The position numbers were made by a program, and so were the translations under genes. A stretch of DNA of 64,000 bases from an uncultured delta proteobacterium (lineage in GTDB: Bacteria; Desulfobacterota; Desulfobacteria; Desulfobacterales; SG8-13): NCBI GenBank assembly GCA_963848135.1, contig CAWKCK010000004.1, positions 62,001 through 126,000 of the forward strand, given 5' to 3'. Positions 49,595-60,375 of the stretch are shown one piece after another (the first letter of the stretch is position 1; the number at the start of each line of letters is the position of its first letter). The notes under the pieces were generated by a model, which was not told where the DNA came from, made no database searches, and worked only from the letters and a program-made list of their open reading frames with translations.

Positions 49595-50775
49595 AGACGA
49601 TAAAAGACATAGATATCAAGAACAAGCGGGTGCTTATGCGGGTCGATTTCAATGTTCCTTTGGATGACCGCCAAACCATAACAGATGACTCGCGCATCCG
49701 GGCCGCTTTACCGACAATCATTTACGCCTGCGAACAAGGCGCCAGGTTGATTATTGCCAGTCATTTAGGACGACCAAAGGGGAAGCCAGCACCGGAGTTC
49801 AGCCTGGCTCCAGTAGCGGCTCGCCTGGGCGAACTTCTCGATACGGAGGTGGAATTGGCCCCCGATTGCATCGGCGCTGCGGCGCAAGCGGTCGTCGACC
49901 GAATCAGACCTGGCGGGGTCGCTCTTCTGGAAAACTTACGGTTCCATGCGGCAGAGCAGGAAAATGATGCCAATTTCGCCAAATCCCTGGCGGTGCTGTG
50001 TGATGTTTACATCAACGATGCGTTTGCGGTTTGCCATCGCGCCAATGCATCTGTCGTTGCCGTAACCGAATTTGCGCCTGTTTCCGGTGCCGGGCTTCTA
50101 CTTGAAAAGGAGATGTCCTATTTTAAGAAAGCCCTGGCTGATCCCCGCCGTCCCCTTGCAGCTGTCGTCGGGGGCGCGAAAGTGTCAAGCAAACTTGCTG
50201 CGCTTCACAACATGTTGCAGCATGTCGACACGGTCATCGTTGGTGGTGCCATGGCAAACACCTTTCTGAAAAGTCTGGGAATAACCGTCGGCCGATCAAA
50301 GGTGGAAGGCGACCTGGTGGCTGCCGCCGGAGATGTTCTCACGACGGCCAAAGAAAAGGGCATCCGTTTTTACCTGCCGGTCGACCTTGTGGTGGCACCT
50401 GAATTGACGGCCCAAACGCCGACCAAAATCGTTACAATCCATGAAATTCCCACTGAATGGATGGCGCTCGATATCGGCCCGGCGACCGCATTGCTTTACC
50501 GCGAGGCGCTGCAGGATGCACGTACCATTATCTGGAACGGTCCGATGGGCGTGTTCGAAATTGATGCCTTCAGCCGTGGAACCACTGCCATGGCCGGAAA
50601 CATTGCAGCGGCCCATGCGCTTACGATCGTGGGCGGTGGTGACACGGACGCTGCTGTTCACATGGCCGGGGTGACGGATAGAATCTCCTTCATATCGACC
50701 GGAGGGGGCGCATTCCTCATGCTTCTGGAAGGAAAAACACTGCCCGCCATCGCGGCATTGAACGCTGCGGCATAA
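49591..50775 (+). CDS. pgk: Phosphoglycerate kinase
   Basis: RVDFNVP, SHLGRP, LENLRF, GGAKV, WNGPMG, STGGGA. Confidence 0.97.
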   Translation: MKTIKDIDIKNKRVLMRVDFNVPLDDRQTITDDSRIRAALPTIIYACEQGARLIIASHLGRPKGKPAPEFSLAPVAARLGELLDTEVELAPDCIGAAAQAVVDRIRPGGVALLENLRFHAAEQENDANFAKSLAVLCDVYINDAFAVCHRANASVVAVTEFAPVSGAGLLLEKEMSYFKKALADPRRPLAAVVGGAKVSSKLAALHNMLQHVDTVIVGGAMANTFLKSLGITVGRSKVEGDLVAAAGDVLTTAKEKGIRFYLPVDLVVAPELTAQTPTKIVTIHEIPTEWMALDIGPATALLYREALQDARTIIWNGPMGVFEIDAFSRGTTAMAGNIAAAHALTIVGGGDTDAAVHMAGVTDRISFISTGGGAFLMLLEGKTLPAIAALNAAA

Positions 50776-50787
50776 CAAAAACCTCAT

Positions 50788-51556
50788 ATGTCGATTCAAG
50801 AATCACAAAAAGAGGATACCCCTTTAGATAACGGCAGCGCCGACCGCAAACACTTCAGCCGGAACCACTGGTTACTGATGGCTGTCCTCGTCTGCGGCGT
50901 CCTGATTTTGGCTATCGTTTTCCGTGAATCGCTGACGCAACACTTTAGAACACTATATAACCTTGTGACGGATCGGGACAAGGTTTCGGCCTTGATTTCT
51001 GCCAGCGGTATTTATGCCCCGCTCGTATTTATCTCCCTGCAGGTATTACAGGTTATCTTTGCGCCGGTTCCCGGAGAGGCCACCGGTTTTATCGGCGGCT
51101 ACATTTTCGGTGCCGGTAAGGGGTTCCTTTTCTCGACGATCGGGCTTATCCATTGGCTCCCTCATCAACTTAATAATCGGGCGATTCCTTGGGAAACGGT
51201 TCATTCGACGGCATGTACCTGTCAAATACCTGGTGCGTTTCGACACTTTTCTCAGGCACCAAGGCGTCATTGTCATTTTTATATTTTTCGTCCTGCCGGG
51301 GTTTCCAAAAGACTATCTCTGTCTTTTTTTGGGGTTGAGTAATCTGCCGATCAAATTACTCTTGTTGCTGGCGACTATCGGAAGACTCCCCGGAACTCTG
51401 ATGCTCAGTCTTCAGGGCGCCTTTCTGTTTGAAAAGAATTACGGATTGCTGGCCGTTATGGCCGGAGCTTCCCTGATCATTGTACTCCTGGCCTACCGTT
51501 ATCGAGATGGTCTGTATCGCTGGATTGAAAAATTCAATCAAAACGATCCCGGATAG
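50788..51556 (+). pseudogene. TVP38/TMEM64 (VTT, DedA-like) membrane protein with one frameshift near 51147
   Basis: ORF 50788 (QVIFAPVPGE..GFIGGY) continues in another frame as SIGSLINL..GRFLG..LPGFPKDYLC; may be a sequencing error. Confidence 0.75.
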
Positions 51557-51701
51557 GGGTGGTGAGGCCGATCATGGCGAAAAAGACCCAAAAAATTCTT
51601 TGGGTTGTATAAAGTATATGTTATAATTATAGCTACTTTTGTTGCATAGTATTCATCGGGTGGCATGGTTACTAAATGCAGGTTGATGATGGGGGAAAAC
51701 G

Positions 51702-52769
51702 GTGACATTCTGGCGCGTAAGAGAAGAATTGAGCAAAGCGGATCGTTTGAGGCGATCCTATTACGAACTGTTGCGGGACGAACTCGATCATTTCCTCCTG
51801 AAGCATGCCCTGATTGATTCCTATTTCAACTTTATTCAGAACGGAGCTGAGTATCCTTTTGTCGAAAAACGCGAACTCAAGCCCAGAGCCAGAATTCCGG
51901 ACGTCGAATACGAGAACCACAACGCGTTTCTGTTAATATTCATCGAAGACACCCTGCCGGAAGTACATAAGAAATACATCCGCTTTTTTGATGTCAATCG
52001 GACCACCAAGACCAACCTGCTCCAGTCAAAGAAACTACCGCTTATCGATGGAATTGACATAAAGCATAAAAATCTTGAGTCGGTCCATTTTTATAACTTT
52101 CTGAAAATATTGCTACCCGTCGATTACGCTCTCCTGATCCAGAGAAATCCGGCAACCAAGTCAAAAAACCGCTACAGCCTGACCCACTATCATGTCCGAA
52201 TCGACTGGCCGATTGCCGATGCTGCGGAAGACATGGCACGTCATCTGAGATATATATCCAAAGATATTTATGAAAAGGGAGACAAGTACGCCGAAGATAT
52301 CCAGAAAAAATATTTTGAATACTACTGTTTGCCGGTAATGGCCGGCGGCAGGCGAACAGCCGCTATCGTGGCCGCCCAATATCTGAAACGGATTCCCTGT
52401 ATTTCGACTGTGTACGCCGGCAGCAGTGAAAGTCGGTCATTGATTCGTATTTCCGAGAGGGGGGTGTCCAAAGCCATCTTGATGAAATTCAGCGAGAAGG
52501 AAATCCAACAGATTGCGCAGGAAAACAATCTTACCATGCGGGCCTTAAAAAAGAATTACGTGGTGGTTAACAACGGGAAGGGTAAGGACTGCGTGTGCAT
52601 ATTTCAGGCGACTTACGACTATACCATTCACTCCCGCCCGCCGGAAGAGGGCAAGCTGAGGGATATGAAATTCGACTTGGCGTGGCAGACGGTCGGCGGG
52701 CAGCATATCCTGCCGCTTCCGGGGGTGTGGAAATACCCACCGCTACCGATCAATGTGATATATTCCTGA
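51702..52769 (+). CDS. Hypothetical protein, 355 aa, no recognised domain
   Basis: Long ORF with GTG start behind GGGGG and a natural-looking composition. Confidence 0.8.
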   Translation: MTFWRVREELSKADRLRRSYYELLRDELDHFLLKHALIDSYFNFIQNGAEYPFVEKRELKPRARIPDVEYENHNAFLLIFIEDTLPEVHKKYIRFFDVNRTTKTNLLQSKKLPLIDGIDIKHKNLESVHFYNFLKILLPVDYALLIQRNPATKSKNRYSLTHYHVRIDWPIADAAEDMARHLRYISKDIYEKGDKYAEDIQKKYFEYYCLPVMAGGRRTAAIVAAQYLKRIPCISTVYAGSSESRSLIRISERGVSKAILMKFSEKEIQQIAQENNLTMRALKKNYVVVNNGKGKDCVCIFQATYDYTIHSRPPEEGKLRDMKFDLAWQTVGGQHILPLPGVWKYPPLPINVIYS

Positions 52770-52779
52770 ATCAGTCTAT

Positions 52780-52919
52780 CAGGGTGTCGAAAAACGTCAT
52801 GAGCGCCGGCAAGACAAGGCAAAATCCGACCAAAAAGCGGAGTTAATTTGCAATAAATGGGTATTTTGAGAAGGATTTTAACGTCGTATCGTCAAGCGCA
52901 ATCGTTTTTCGACAGCCTG
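52780..52919. repeat. 140-bp MITE-like structured repeat, copy 2, with 17-bp TIRs
   Basis: CAGGGTGTCGAAAAACG ... CGTTTTTCGACAGCCTG (16/17 inverted match); lies between convergent genes; homologous to 97-233. Confidence 0.85.
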
Positions 52920-52922
52920 CTG

Positions 52923-53405
52923 CTAAACCAAGTCCTTCATCATGGCGGTTTCATCGCAATCGGGAAATTTTACGCAGGTAATGCAATCCGACCAGATCTT
53001 TAATGGCAGTTCCGATCTCTCAATTTTACGAAAGCCGAATTTTAGAAAGAACCCCGGTTCATACGTGAGCGTGAACAATTGGCGTGTTTTAAAATTCTCT
53101 GCTTCGGCAACAACGGCCGTCGTAAGAGCGCGGCCGATGCCTCTTCCGCAGCAGTCCGGGTTAACGGCCAGGGACCTGATCTCTGCCAGGTCTTCCCAGC
53201 AGAATTGCAGTGCGCAGCATCCCACCACCCGTTTTTTTCCATGATCCACGTAAACAAAAAAGTCTCTGACGTGATCGTAGAGTTGACTTAGAGGGCGAGC
53301 CAGCAGCGTGCCCTGGTTGCCGTGGTACTGCAACAGCTTGTGGATGGCTTTGACATCCTGAATTGTTGCTTTACGGATCATCTTCGATACACACTTTTCC
53401 TTCAT
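52923..53405 (-). CDS. Short-type amino-acid N-acetyltransferase (ArgA-like GNAT)
   Basis: IRKA...DV..I, WEDLAEIRSLAV, GRGIG, LP.KIWSDC..C.KF..CDE. Confidence 0.82.
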   Translation of the reverse strand: MKEKCVSKMIRKATIQDVKAIHKLLQYHGNQGTLLARPLSQLYDHVRDFFVYVDHGKKRVVGCCALQFCWEDLAEIRSLAVNPDCCGRGIGRALTTAVVAEAENFKTRQLFTLTYEPGFFLKFGFRKIERSELPLKIWSDCITCVKFPDCDETAMMKDLV

Positions 53406-53730
53406 GCAAGATTCAGATTTTAGTCCGTGTTTTCGGGTTTATACCGATTTTAAAAATTCCGACCTACCGGAGCGTGAGATAAGCGATTGTAGGAATGAAC
53501 GGCCGGATAGCGGAACGTGTGTTTCTACAACCGCCATAAATTCACCCCAGTTTGCTATCATATCTGCTCTTATTTTGGCAACCATTTCAGATGCTGTTTC
53601 CTTGTACCCGGCTTTCTCCGCATCGATATGGTAATTCGTATTACCTTAAAGGCTCCTGTCGTGTAATTCCTGCCGGCTTTAATTTGCGATTCGAGGGGTA
53701 TTACAACATGCCGTTTGGAATGAAGGATGA

Positions 53731-53770
53731 AATAAAAAAAATATAAAAAAATATAAAAAACAATAAGTTA
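53731..53770 (+). promoter_or_regulatory. Phased A-tracts with an IHF-like site
   Basis: Three A-tracts at ~10-bp period, then AAACAATAAGTTA (one mismatch to WATCAANNNNTTR). Confidence 0.5.
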
Positions 53771-53843
53771 TATTGATAGAAGGCGGCAGTCGACATACAA
53801 TTTGGCTCGATTTGAACGGCCAAATCCGCCGCCGCTTTTCCCA

Positions 53844-53859
53844 TGGCACCGTACTTGCT
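53844..53859 (+). promoter_or_regulatory. Sigma-54 (-24/-12) promoter
   Basis: TGGCACCGTACTTGCT (GG-N10-GC), ~40 bp before SD AGAGGAG and ATG 53897. Confidence 0.7.
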
Positions 53860-53896
53860 CTATTGCACCGGGAATAATCACCCCAACAGAGGAGCA

Positions 53897-55795
53897 ATGG
53901 CGATGTCATCTCTTAAATTTAATGTTCAATCGCCCAAATTCTTCAGGGTTGCCATAACTTTTTCGCTGCTTGTTTTGTCATCTATCCTCGTCGGACATGT
54001 CCATGCCGAAGAAGTGACACTGGCATGGGATGGAAACACGGAAGCCGGAAACGAAATTAGCGGCTATCGTGTGTATTTTGGTACTGATGGATCGACATTC
54101 CCGAATCAGGGTTGCGATGTGATCGGCACAACCTGCGCCGTATCGGGCTTGACACCCGGCCAAACGTACCATTTTGTTGCCACGTCATACAATAACAACG
54201 GAGAGAGTGATCATTCCGACCCGCCAATAAGTTATACGGTACCTGCGGGTACGTCTAGCTACACGATCTTTGCTTCTGCCAGTGCCAACGGAAGTATTTC
54301 TCCGTCCGGCGCGATTACTGTCAGCGGCGGCGGTAGCCAGAGCTTCTCGATTCAACCGAACGGCGGCCATCATGTTGATGATGTCATTGTTGACGGTAAA
54401 TCTATTGGGGCCGTTTCCTCGCACTCTTTCAACATTGTCTCCAGCAATCATACGATCGAGGCCCGTTTTGCTGCCGATGAAAACTCGTATGAAATTTCGG
54501 CTTCAGCGGGCAACGGCGGAAGTATTTCACCGGCAGGCACGGTGCCCGTAGACCATGGCGGCAGCCAGGCATTCACCATCACCGCAGGCAGTGGTTATCA
54601 GATCGCCGATGTCAGGGTTGATGGTGTTTCCGTGGGAACCGCTTCAACGTACACGTTCAATAATGTTTTTTCCGATTACGCAATTTCGGTTTTCTTTGAG
54701 CCTGTATCGAATTCGCCGCTAACACCCAATCAGACACCGGACCCGCCGGCACTCATGTTACCGGACAACGGTGTCGACGAAATCGCATTGACTCCTCTGC
54801 TTGAAATTTCAGGTTTTTCGGACCCGGACTCCGGTGATATTCACGGTGCCACCCGGTGGCAAATTGCGGCTGACAGCGGCTTTAATCACCTCATTCTCGA
54901 TATTGTCTGCGATATGGAAACGATCAACAGCTACTTGCTCAGTCTCAAAGTTCCCCAAGGCACCTTTACGGGAAAGCAAACGTATTACTGGCGGGCCATG
55001 GTAAAAGATGCCCGTGCCAGCAATGCCAAATGGTCCGATTGGTCGGTATCGTACAGTTTTACCACTGCTGCTGAGGAGTATGCCGACATCAACGCCAACG
55101 GCGTGCCGGATGAATTCGAGCCACTAACCTCTGACCTTGACGACGACGGCCAGAATGACAACGATCAGCCCCTGATGCGGGTCCTGAAAATGAATACCGG
55201 TGCGTCGCTGCTCGGGCTCAAGGCTTTGGAAGGTGTCAGTGGGATTAACCGTTTCACGCAGATCGATCCTGCCAGCATATTCGACTTGCCCCGTCCGGTC
55301 TTGCCCTACGGGCTGATGAGTTTGAATGTGCTTCTGGATCAAATCGGCGGAACGGCAAGGTTCGAACTCTTTTTGCCTGAATCTTCTGATGCATCGGCCC
55401 GTTGGTTTAAGTATGACCCGATAAACGGATGGTATGAGTTTCCGGTACAGAACATGTCGGGGAAATTCATTCTGGAAATCGTTGACGGTGGCTTCGGTGA
55501 TGCCGATGGTGTGGCCAACGGTATTATCGTTGATCCCATCGGTATTTCGGATTCAGCAGCTGTAACCGAAGTTGCCGATATTGACACGGGGGCATCAGAG
55601 AGCACGATGGAAGAGTTGTTGAATTCTTGTTTCATCGTGTCAACCCGCAACCGTTCAACCGTGTCCTCGGATTCATGTGGGATTTACGTTCAGCGACTCG
55701 GCGTGTGGTCTATACTGTATGGCTTTTTGATTCTTGGTTTGGCCGGTGTTTTAATTCGAAAAGCCGATCGAAGGGCGGCGCGCGGCAGGCAGTAA
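53897..55795 (+). CDS. Surface protein: FN3, two InlB-B-like repeats, choice-of-anchor-U-like domain, CFI motif plus TM tail
   Basis: Signal peptide ending VHA; VTLAWD..GYRVYFG; 2x Y.I.ASA..nGSISP.G; DGGFGDADGVANGIIVDP; SCFI, hydrophobic helix, RKADRR. Confidence 0.8.
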   Translation: MAMSSLKFNVQSPKFFRVAITFSLLVLSSILVGHVHAEEVTLAWDGNTEAGNEISGYRVYFGTDGSTFPNQGCDVIGTTCAVSGLTPGQTYHFVATSYNNNGESDHSDPPISYTVPAGTSSYTIFASASANGSISPSGAITVSGGGSQSFSIQPNGGHHVDDVIVDGKSIGAVSSHSFNIVSSNHTIEARFAADENSYEISASAGNGGSISPAGTVPVDHGGSQAFTITAGSGYQIADVRVDGVSVGTASTYTFNNVFSDYAISVFFEPVSNSPLTPNQTPDPPALMLPDNGVDEIALTPLLEISGFSDPDSGDIHGATRWQIAADSGFNHLILDIVCDMETINSYLLSLKVPQGTFTGKQTYYWRAMVKDARASNAKWSDWSVSYSFTTAAEEYADINANGVPDEFEPLTSDLDDDGQNDNDQPLMRVLKMNTGASLLGLKALEGVSGINRFTQIDPASIFDLPRPVLPYGLMSLNVLLDQIGGTARFELFLPESSDASARWFKYDPINGWYEFPVQNMSGKFILEIVDGGFGDADGVANGIIVDPIGISDSAAVTEVADIDTGASESTMEELLNSCFIVSTRNRSTVSSDSCGIYVQRLGVWSILYGFLILGLAGVLIRKADRRAARGRQ

Positions 55796-55939
55796 GTTCC
55801 CGGAATTGTGAGTTATACTGCTGTTTAAATATAGATTCCGAAATACGTTAGGGTGGCATAAGTGGTAGGAAATGCGTTCGATTAACGGGACGTTTCTCGG
55901 ACAACCACCCTATCTCCAAAAGCGGCAATGCGTATTGAG

Positions 55940-57901
55940 CTAAGGCGCACGCACCGGTTCCGTTCCTTTTTTGAACATGGCCGTCACGGCACCCGGCCCT
56001 TCGGCCGCCATCGTTCGGCCACTGACCGGATCAAAGCTTACCCGGACGACATTATCGGGAATATCGAAATAATCAACCGCTTGATCTGCCAGGACCTCTT
56101 TCATATACCCCAGCCATATGGGGAGTGCTGCCCGGGCGCCGGTTTCACGGTCGCCGAGTGACCCGCCCCGATCCTTACCCACCCATACACCGGCGGCAAT
56201 CGATGGTGAAAATCCGATAAAAAGAGCATCCCTGTATTCATCTGTCGTGCCGGTTTTTCCGGCCAGGGGATGCTTCAGGGCAGCCGCCTGTTTTCCGGTT
56301 CCTTCCTGGATGACACCGACTAACATATCGGCCGTTATGGCCGCAGCGGTACGCGACATAACCACCCTTTTTTGGGGTTTGGCACGATAGATCATCCGGC
56401 CTTTTGAATCCTGAATTTCGATGATCCCCCAGGGGTTGACCCATTCGCCATGATTGGCAAAGACGGCGTAGGTCGCCGTTAGTTGCAACAAACCGATACC
56501 GGAAGATCCGAGCGCCAGGGTAAGATTGGCAGCCAAGGGACTGGAGATTCCGAGTGTTTGGGCAAAATTGACGACCGCAGAAGGACCGAGTTTTTCAACC
56601 AGGCGCACAGCCGGTATGTTCTTCGAGTGTGTCAGGGCATGTCTGAGTGTGATTTCTCCATCGTAGGAGTGCGAGAAGTTTTCCGGCTGCCAATCCTGAT
56701 CCGCGTTTGCGCCCCTGAAGGCGACCGGTGCGTCAAGGATCAGGTGGCTCTGCGAAAAACCCTGTTCGATGGCCAGGGCATATACGAGAGGCTTAAAGGC
56801 TGAGCCTGGCTGCCTCCGCGCGTCGACAGCGCGATTGAAGGGGCTGGCGACAAAATCTCTTCCTCCCACCATGGCCAGTATACTTCCGTCATCGATACGA
56901 AGAGACAAGAGGGAACCCTGAAGATCACTGCTATCGATACCCTTATCCACCATTCGATTTTCGACGGCGGTGATACCGTCGGCAAACGCTGTTTCGGCTG
57001 CCAATTGATCCCGAAACGAAAGCGTTGTGAATACTGTCAGCCCTTCCTTGTAAAGTTGTCCCGGTCCGACGATTTCCTCGAGTTGCTTGCGGACATACTC
57101 CACGAAGTAGGGTGCCTTTAACGAATCTGTCGATTTGACGGACGTCGTCAAGGGCTCGTGCACGGTTGCGGCATAGTCACCAGAGGAGATAAACCCGGTA
57201 TCAACCATCTGTTTCAGAACGATATTACGGCGTTTTACAGCCAGACTGGGGTTGACCAGGGGCGTGTAGCGAGAAGGAGATTTTGGCATACCGGCAATCA
57301 GGGCGCATTCGGCCAGGGTCAGTTCATTTAACGATTTGCCGAAAAATATCTCGGCCGCCGAATCGACACCGTAGGCACCACTGCCGAAATAGACCTGGTT
57401 GAGATAAAAGGTCAGAATCTCGTCCTTGGTGTAGCGTCGTTCCAATTGAAATGCCAGAATGGCTTCCTTGACTTTGCGGACCAATGTTTTTCGCGGTGTC
57501 AAAAAAAGGGTTTTGGCCAGCTGCTGCGTGATCGTACTGGCCCCTTCTACGAATTTTCCGGCCAAGATGTCCTTAACAATGGCGCGGGTGATGGCTTTCA
57601 GATTGACGCCGCTGTGGCTGTAGAATTGGCGGTCTTCGGTGGAGATAAGAGCGTTTTTAATATGCACGGGGATGGCATCGAGCGGCACCGGGTTTCGTTT
57701 CTCTCGATAAAGTTCCGCCAGGATTTCCTTGTCGGAGGAGTAGAGTCGCGTGACGGCAGACGGCTGGAAGGATTCCAGCGACCGTATCTGCGGCAGGTCC
57801 CGGGTGAACCCGAATATCATTCCAACCGCCACACCGCAAAGTATTCCGCCCAATACGGTCAGGATGATCCATACCTTGATTTTATTGAATCGGAAAGTCA
57901 C
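55940..57901 (-). CDS. Class A penicillin-binding protein (PBP1A family)
   Basis: N-terminal TM; EDRQFYSH, GASTITQQLAK, RKVKE; SAFK, SKN, KTG. Confidence 0.93.
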   Translation of the reverse strand: MTFRFNKIKVWIILTVLGGILCGVAVGMIFGFTRDLPQIRSLESFQPSAVTRLYSSDKEILAELYREKRNPVPLDAIPVHIKNALISTEDRQFYSHSGVNLKAITRAIVKDILAGKFVEGASTITQQLAKTLFLTPRKTLVRKVKEAILAFQLERRYTKDEILTFYLNQVYFGSGAYGVDSAAEIFFGKSLNELTLAECALIAGMPKSPSRYTPLVNPSLAVKRRNIVLKQMVDTGFISSGDYAATVHEPLTTSVKSTDSLKAPYFVEYVRKQLEEIVGPGQLYKEGLTVFTTLSFRDQLAAETAFADGITAVENRMVDKGIDSSDLQGSLLSLRIDDGSILAMVGGRDFVASPFNRAVDARRQPGSAFKPLVYALAIEQGFSQSHLILDAPVAFRGANADQDWQPENFSHSYDGEITLRHALTHSKNIPAVRLVEKLGPSAVVNFAQTLGISSPLAANLTLALGSSGIGLLQLTATYAVFANHGEWVNPWGIIEIQDSKGRMIYRAKPQKRVVMSRTAAAITADMLVGVIQEGTGKQAAALKHPLAGKTGTTDEYRDALFIGFSPSIAAGVWVGKDRGGSLGDRETGARAALPIWLGYMKEVLADQAVDYFDIPDNVVRVSFDPVSGRTMAAEGPGAVTAMFKKGTEPVRAP

Positions 57902-58174
57902 GGTCGTCTGAGAGAGGGAGTAATAGCCGCAATATAAGAAATATTGTTAAACTCTATTGAAAATAATTTATAAAATATCCGGGGTACTCATCGGATAATA
58001 ATCATCGGGCATTCGCCCGATTGTGTCGGAAGTCATCGAATGCATCGTATCGGAGATGCCGACGTTTTGCAACCGGCGTCCGGAATCGGTGGAAGAAAAG
58101 TCTTAAGCAGATCGTTTAGGACGACCTAAAAGACCGTTTGTAAAATAGTGAGCTGTGCTGCGGATTTACCGGAA

Positions 58175-59794
58175 TCAAGCCAGGGATGGCTTGAGCACGC
58201 GGTTCAGCGCCTGGCCAAGTTCATTGAGACTGTAAGGTTTCACTACCACATCGCAGAAACCGTACTTGACGAAGTTGTTCATTACCGGGCTGTTGGAATA
58301 GCCGCTGGACACGATGGTTTTTACGTGCGGGTCGATTTCGAGCAATTGTTGAACGGCTTCCTCTCCTCCCATGCCGCCGCGGACCGTTAGATCGAGAATG
58401 ACAGCATCAAAAGGGGACTCGGATGTCATGGCTTTCCGGTAGCGTTCCACAGCTTCGCTGCCGCTGAAGGCAAATTCGGCCTCATAGCCGAGCCGGGCCA
58501 ATATACGTCCGGCCATCTTGGTGATCATCTCCTCGTCATCCATAACGAGAATCCGGCCGCACCCAGACACCAGCGTAGCAGCACTGCATCGGCTGCTTTG
58601 CTCAGGGGCGCAGACAATGTTGGGGTTCTCGGATGCGCGCAAGTAGATGTGGACCACGGTTCCTTCACCGACGGCCGACTCGATTTCCATGATCCCGTCA
58701 TGTTTTTGGATGATGGAATAGCAAATGGACAACCCCAAACCGGTGCCCTTTTGATGACCCCGCTCTTTGGTTGAAAAATACGGGTCATAGATTTTTTCCA
58801 GGTGTTCTGGGGGAATACCGGTTCCTCGATCTCGGATGGAAATCTTGACCCAGGGGTCGGTGGCATTTCCATTTTCTCCGTCAATATTTTGAATGTTTTG
58901 GGCTGTAACAGTGATTATTCCACCTCTTGGCATGGCCTCACGTGCATTCATCACCAGATTGTGTAAGGCCTGGCTGACCTGGGTCTTGTCGATGTCGACC
59001 AGCGCGATACAGTCAGGGATGTCAAACCGGCATTTGATGTTTGACCCGCTCAGGGAAAATTCAGTCACGATACGCAGAAGTGCCGCCATATCGGCGGTTT
59101 CCTTGATGGGTGAACCTCCTTTTGAAAATGTGATTAATTTCTGGGTCAAGGACTTGGCCACCATCGAGGCTTCCTGGGCTTCGTTCAACAGCCTGTATAT
59201 GACGTCTTCAGAGTCGATGTAGGATTGAATCAGCGAAATGTTGCCAATGATGACGGTCAATAAATTGTTGTAATCATGAGCGATACCTCCGGATAAAGCC
59301 GCTATGGATTCCAGGTGACGGGCCTTTTGCAATTCGTCTTCTGTCTTGAGCCTGCCCGTTTGATCGGTCACGAGAAAAATTGCTGCCGGCCGGCCTTGGC
59401 GGGTGATACGAGCGGCATTTATCGAAACCGGTAACTTTTGACCGTTTGGGTGACTCAGTTCTGCCGGCCAGTTTTCAACTGATTGACCCGGATCGGATTG
59501 TAGGTTTTCTGCGAGACGGCCAATATCCTCTGACATCATGTCACTGATTGCCGAGATTGACCGCCCAACCATCCCATCTATTGTGTCGTCGCACATAACA
59601 GCCAGACGCTGATTTACCTCCACGATGGTTGTATTTTGAACGATCAACACTCCATCGCGGCAAAGATCGATGAATTGCCTCAGTTCGACCGGTGATTCAA
59701 GTGGTGAATGGCCGATTGCCCCGATTGAAGACACCTTTTGCTTCTCTCCAGCGGGTTGTTCTTGATCTGCCGTGGTGATGATTTCGTGACCCAT
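58175..59794 (-). CDS. Hybrid sensor histidine kinase (PAS-HisKA-HATPase-REC)
   Basis: GGIAHDYNNLL, NLVMNA, DRGTGI, GTGLGL, MDDEE, ILDLT, KPY; start uncertain. Confidence 0.92.
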   Translation of the reverse strand: MGHEIITTADQEQPAGEKQKVSSIGAIGHSPLESPVELRQFIDLCRDGVLIVQNTTIVEVNQRLAVMCDDTIDGMVGRSISAISDMMSEDIGRLAENLQSDPGQSVENWPAELSHPNGQKLPVSINAARITRQGRPAAIFLVTDQTGRLKTEDELQKARHLESIAALSGGIAHDYNNLLTVIIGNISLIQSYIDSEDVIYRLLNEAQEASMVAKSLTQKLITFSKGGSPIKETADMAALLRIVTEFSLSGSNIKCRFDIPDCIALVDIDKTQVSQALHNLVMNAREAMPRGGIITVTAQNIQNIDGENGNATDPWVKISIRDRGTGIPPEHLEKIYDPYFSTKERGHQKGTGLGLSICYSIIQKHDGIMEIESAVGEGTVVHIYLRASENPNIVCAPEQSSRCSAATLVSGCGRILVMDDEEMITKMAGRILARLGYEAEFAFSGSEAVERYRKAMTSESPFDAVILDLTVRGGMGGEEAVQQLLEIDPHVKTIVSSGYSNSPVMNNFVKYGFCDVVVKPYSLNELGQALNRVLKPSLA

Positions 59795-60236
59795 AAAAAA
59801 TATCCCTAATCGCATTTTTCAAGTTTGCCCCAACCGGTCACCGGTGCGGGCATGAAGCGTATCTTCATGCCAACAATGCAGAAATCGTACCAACTGTCAT
59901 GATCTGTTTGAGCCGGCAGTAATGATTTGGTCGCTTACCAATCTGAGCGATCGGCCATTTGGTCGTTCTGCCCATTGGTTGCGCGAAGGCGGGGCCTGTG
60001 TCTTTTCTGTTTGGAAAAATATGCCAACCGACAATGTCGCTTTTCTTTTGCAACTGTTCGTATCTTCAGCGTTGCAGTTCTGTGTATTAAGCGACGATAA
60101 CCAATTGATTATTGTCAAAATGTTGACACCGAATCTCCACGTATCGATCCAAAAGCCCGTCTTGGTGGGATTCTAAGGCTTGCAAACCCGTGAATACAGG
60201 CTGGTTACGGGTTGAAGGTGTTTGAACGTGTGGGTG

Positions 60237-60252
60237 TGGCACATTTAATGCA
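60237..60252 (+). promoter_or_regulatory. Putative sigma-54 promoter
   Basis: TGGCACATTTAATGCA (GG-N10-GC) upstream of the 60376 gene. Confidence 0.5.
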
Positions 60253-60375
60253 ATATCAGCGGCTGAGCCCTATATTCATTATACTTATTTGATAGGCTAA
60301 AAAAGGGCGCCCTAAATCGAATCAGGCCGAAACATCAGCGGCCAAATAGAATAGGGTGCCGGCAGGAGACTGAAA

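Noticed and set aside
51661..51676. TGGCATGGTTACTAAA as a sigma-54 promoter
   Set aside because: No GC at the -12 position.
53438..53640. Minus-strand open stretch YHIDAEKAGYKETASEMVAK... upstream of the ArgA-like gene
   Set aside because: An in-frame stop lies just upstream and there is no convincing start, so it cannot be supported.
59820..60230. Short ORFs between the two kinases
   Set aside because: No RBS, motifs or consistent strand; probably regulatory DNA.
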